A stretch of DNA of 35,625 bases from a virus. The notes beneath the pieces are model-generated. The model saw only the letters and a list, made by a program, of their open reading frames with translations, was not told the origin of the DNA and did no database searches. Position numbers and translations under genes: made by a program. The stretch lies in IMG/VR virus record IMGVR_UViG_3300005607_000407. One strand, 5' to 3'. Positions 34,772 to 35,625 of this stretch are shown here, piece by piece; positions within the stretch are counted from its first letter, which is position 1, and each line of letters starts with the position of its first letter.

Positions 34772-34860
34772 GAAGGGGTCAGGCCTCCTTCCGCTGAGGC
34801 CCAGCGGCGACATCATTCCTGATGTCAGACGGGAAACGGTTCATCATCCCCCTTCCCTTT
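34772..34860 (+). ncRNA. Candidate structured RNA (multi-hairpin element)
   Basis: GAAGGGG/CCCCTTC closing stem, CCGCTG/CAGCGG and GACATCA/TGATGTC hairpins, GAAA-loop mini-stem and a downstream T-run. GC-rich island in an AT-rich spacer. Confidence 0.5.
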
Positions 34861-34909
34861 TGTCAGCCAATTTTTCAACCAGCCGACACCATTACTATGT
34901 ATTCAACCA

Positions 34910-34942
34910 TATATTAATGTATCTATAGATGTATCTATAGAT
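34910..34942 (+). promoter_or_regulatory. TATA (TATATTAA) plus tandem ATGTATCTATAG x2, each containing palindrome ATCTATAGAT
   Basis: 12-bp direct repeats at 34917 and 34929. A third core, TATCTATAGA, lies at 35214. Confidence 0.7.
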
Positions 34943-34960
34943 AGAAATAAATAGGGCGAT

Positions 34961-35206
34961 GTGAATAGTAAAGGTATGACAAAATACAACAGTTTGAATC
35001 TGGAAGTGAGGCAATACTACAGTCTCGTAACCTTGATGGATTGGTATACAAAGATGGTTGGCACAGAAGGACAGCTTGAATTCATGACTTTGCTAGCGCA
35101 AAAGGGAAATGCGTTCGCTAGATGCAAAGATGCAAGACATGTTTTCGCAGCTAAAAAACTGGCTGACAGACACTATGTAGCAGAACTACGGCGCTTCTGC
35201 TCATAG
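34961..35206 (+). CDS. Hypothetical protein
   Basis: ORF with its own TATA/operator. Start GTG 34961 or ATG 34976. Confidence 0.6.
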   Translation: MNSKGMTKYNSLNLEVRQYYSLVTLMDWYTKMVGTEGQLEFMTLLAQKGNAFARCKDARHVFAAKKLADRHYVAELRRFCS

Positions 35207-35213
35207 CATGATT

Positions 35214-35223
35214 TATCTATAGA
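35214..35223 (+). promoter_or_regulatory. TATCTATAGA operator/TATA overlap upstream of the AbrB gene
   Basis: Same core as the 34917 repeats, about 25-30 nt before the ATG at 35246. Confidence 0.6.
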
Positions 35224-35245
35224 GAAAAGTGTAGAGAGGAATGAC

Positions 35246-35413
35246 ATGGAAATCACAAAAGTAACCCAGGCTCATTCAAAATACCACGGTGTCAAGACTG
35301 CTATCCCTGCCACATATGCTAGGGAGCTTGGGATAGAAAGGGGCGATGAGCTAACTTGGGAGCTTGACAAGGACAAGAAAGGCAAGTTTTTGATTGTCAG
35401 AAAAGCAGACTGA
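35246..35413 (+). CDS. AbrB/MazE/SpoVT-family DNA-binding protein (55 aa, not in the track)
   Basis: Own translation: MEITKVTQAHSKYHGVKTAIPATYARELGIERGDELTWELDKDKKGKFLIVRKAD (IP...R.LGI..GD.L.W signature). Confidence 0.85.
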   Translation: MEITKVTQAHSKYHGVKTAIPATYARELGIERGDELTWELDKDKKGKFLIVRKAD

Positions 35414-35421
35414 GACCTGAC

Positions 35422-35625
35422 CTAGCCTAGCCTTTCTTTCTTCCTTAACTCCATTACTTTCCTTACTTCTGCAATTATAGTGTCCCCACGTGGCAGCAAA
35501 ACCCACTCCAAGACATCACCTGCCTCCAGATTCAATGCGTGTCTGACTCCTGCAGGTATGCTTGTCCTGATGACATCTGTTCTCTTTGAATGTGCCTTGA
35601 CTACCCGGGAAATAGCTCCGACCAT
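35422..35625 (-). CDS. AbrB/MazE/SpoVT-family DNA-binding protein
   Basis: RTSIPAGVRHALNLEAGDVLEWV signature. The only supported minus-strand gene. Confidence 0.85.
   Translation of the reverse strand: MVGAISRVVKAHSKRTDVIRTSIPAGVRHALNLEAGDVLEWVLLPRGDTIIAEVRKVMELRKKERLG

Larger units (their letters stand above)
1..35625 (+). mobile_element. Archaeal tailed virus genome or provirus (siphovirus-like Caudoviricetes), probably infecting Nitrososphaerales
   Basis: Complete TerS-TerL-portal-protease-MCP-tail tube-tape measure gene set, archaeal MCM, archaeal tRNA and TATA boxes. Almost all genes are on the + strand. No host housekeeping genes, sheath or integrase. Confidence 0.93.

Noticed and set aside
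34815-34845. Hammerhead or HDV-like ribozyme in the 3' structured element (CTGATG...GAAAC)
   Set aside because: The core reads CUGAUGU rather than CUGANGA, stems II and III cannot form, and no P3/L3 for an HDV fold is present.
35246-35625. AbrB genes as antitoxins of a toxin-antitoxin pair
   Set aside because: No PIN, MazF or RelE-like partner is recognisable next to either gene within the window.

Overview
The window is one near-complete genome (or excised/trimmed provirus) of a head-tailed archaeal virus (Caudoviricetes, non-contractile tail). The likely host is a Nitrososphaerales/Thaumarchaeota archaeon, inferred from the archaeal MCM helicase, single-TRAM protein, archaeal-type tRNA, TATA boxes and frequent TTG/GTG starts. 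Layout: early/replication arm (1-10.3 kb: SAA-repeat protein, DUF559/Vsr-like nuclease, minimal PolX, many small Zn-finger ORFs, RHH protein, MCM, frameshifted HNH), a tRNA, then packaging and head genes (TerS, TerL, portal, two GT4 glycosyltransferases, protease-scaffold, cement, MCP), accessory genes, a tail module (adaptor, terminator, tube, G/GT chaperone, tape measure, hub, LamG fibres), a zincin, and two convergent AbrB-type regulators. No integrase, att repeat, CRISPR or sheath gene is visible. The most unusual signals are four. (1) The asymmetric motif RGTGGCCG is strongly over-represented (about 39 copies of GTGGCCG/CGGCCAC in the first 10.3 kb, counted by eye), alongside a Vsr-like nuclease plus PolX pair. 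(2) A tRNA has a serine-type body but an Arg (CCU) anticodon and C33, and sits behind one of two twin operator palindromes. (3) A late-gene element ANTTCTYYTTT lies 34-45 nt upstream of 11 start codons, including an internal scaffold start. (4) A candidate structured ncRNA follows the last late gene. All counts and alignments were made by eye and no database was searched.
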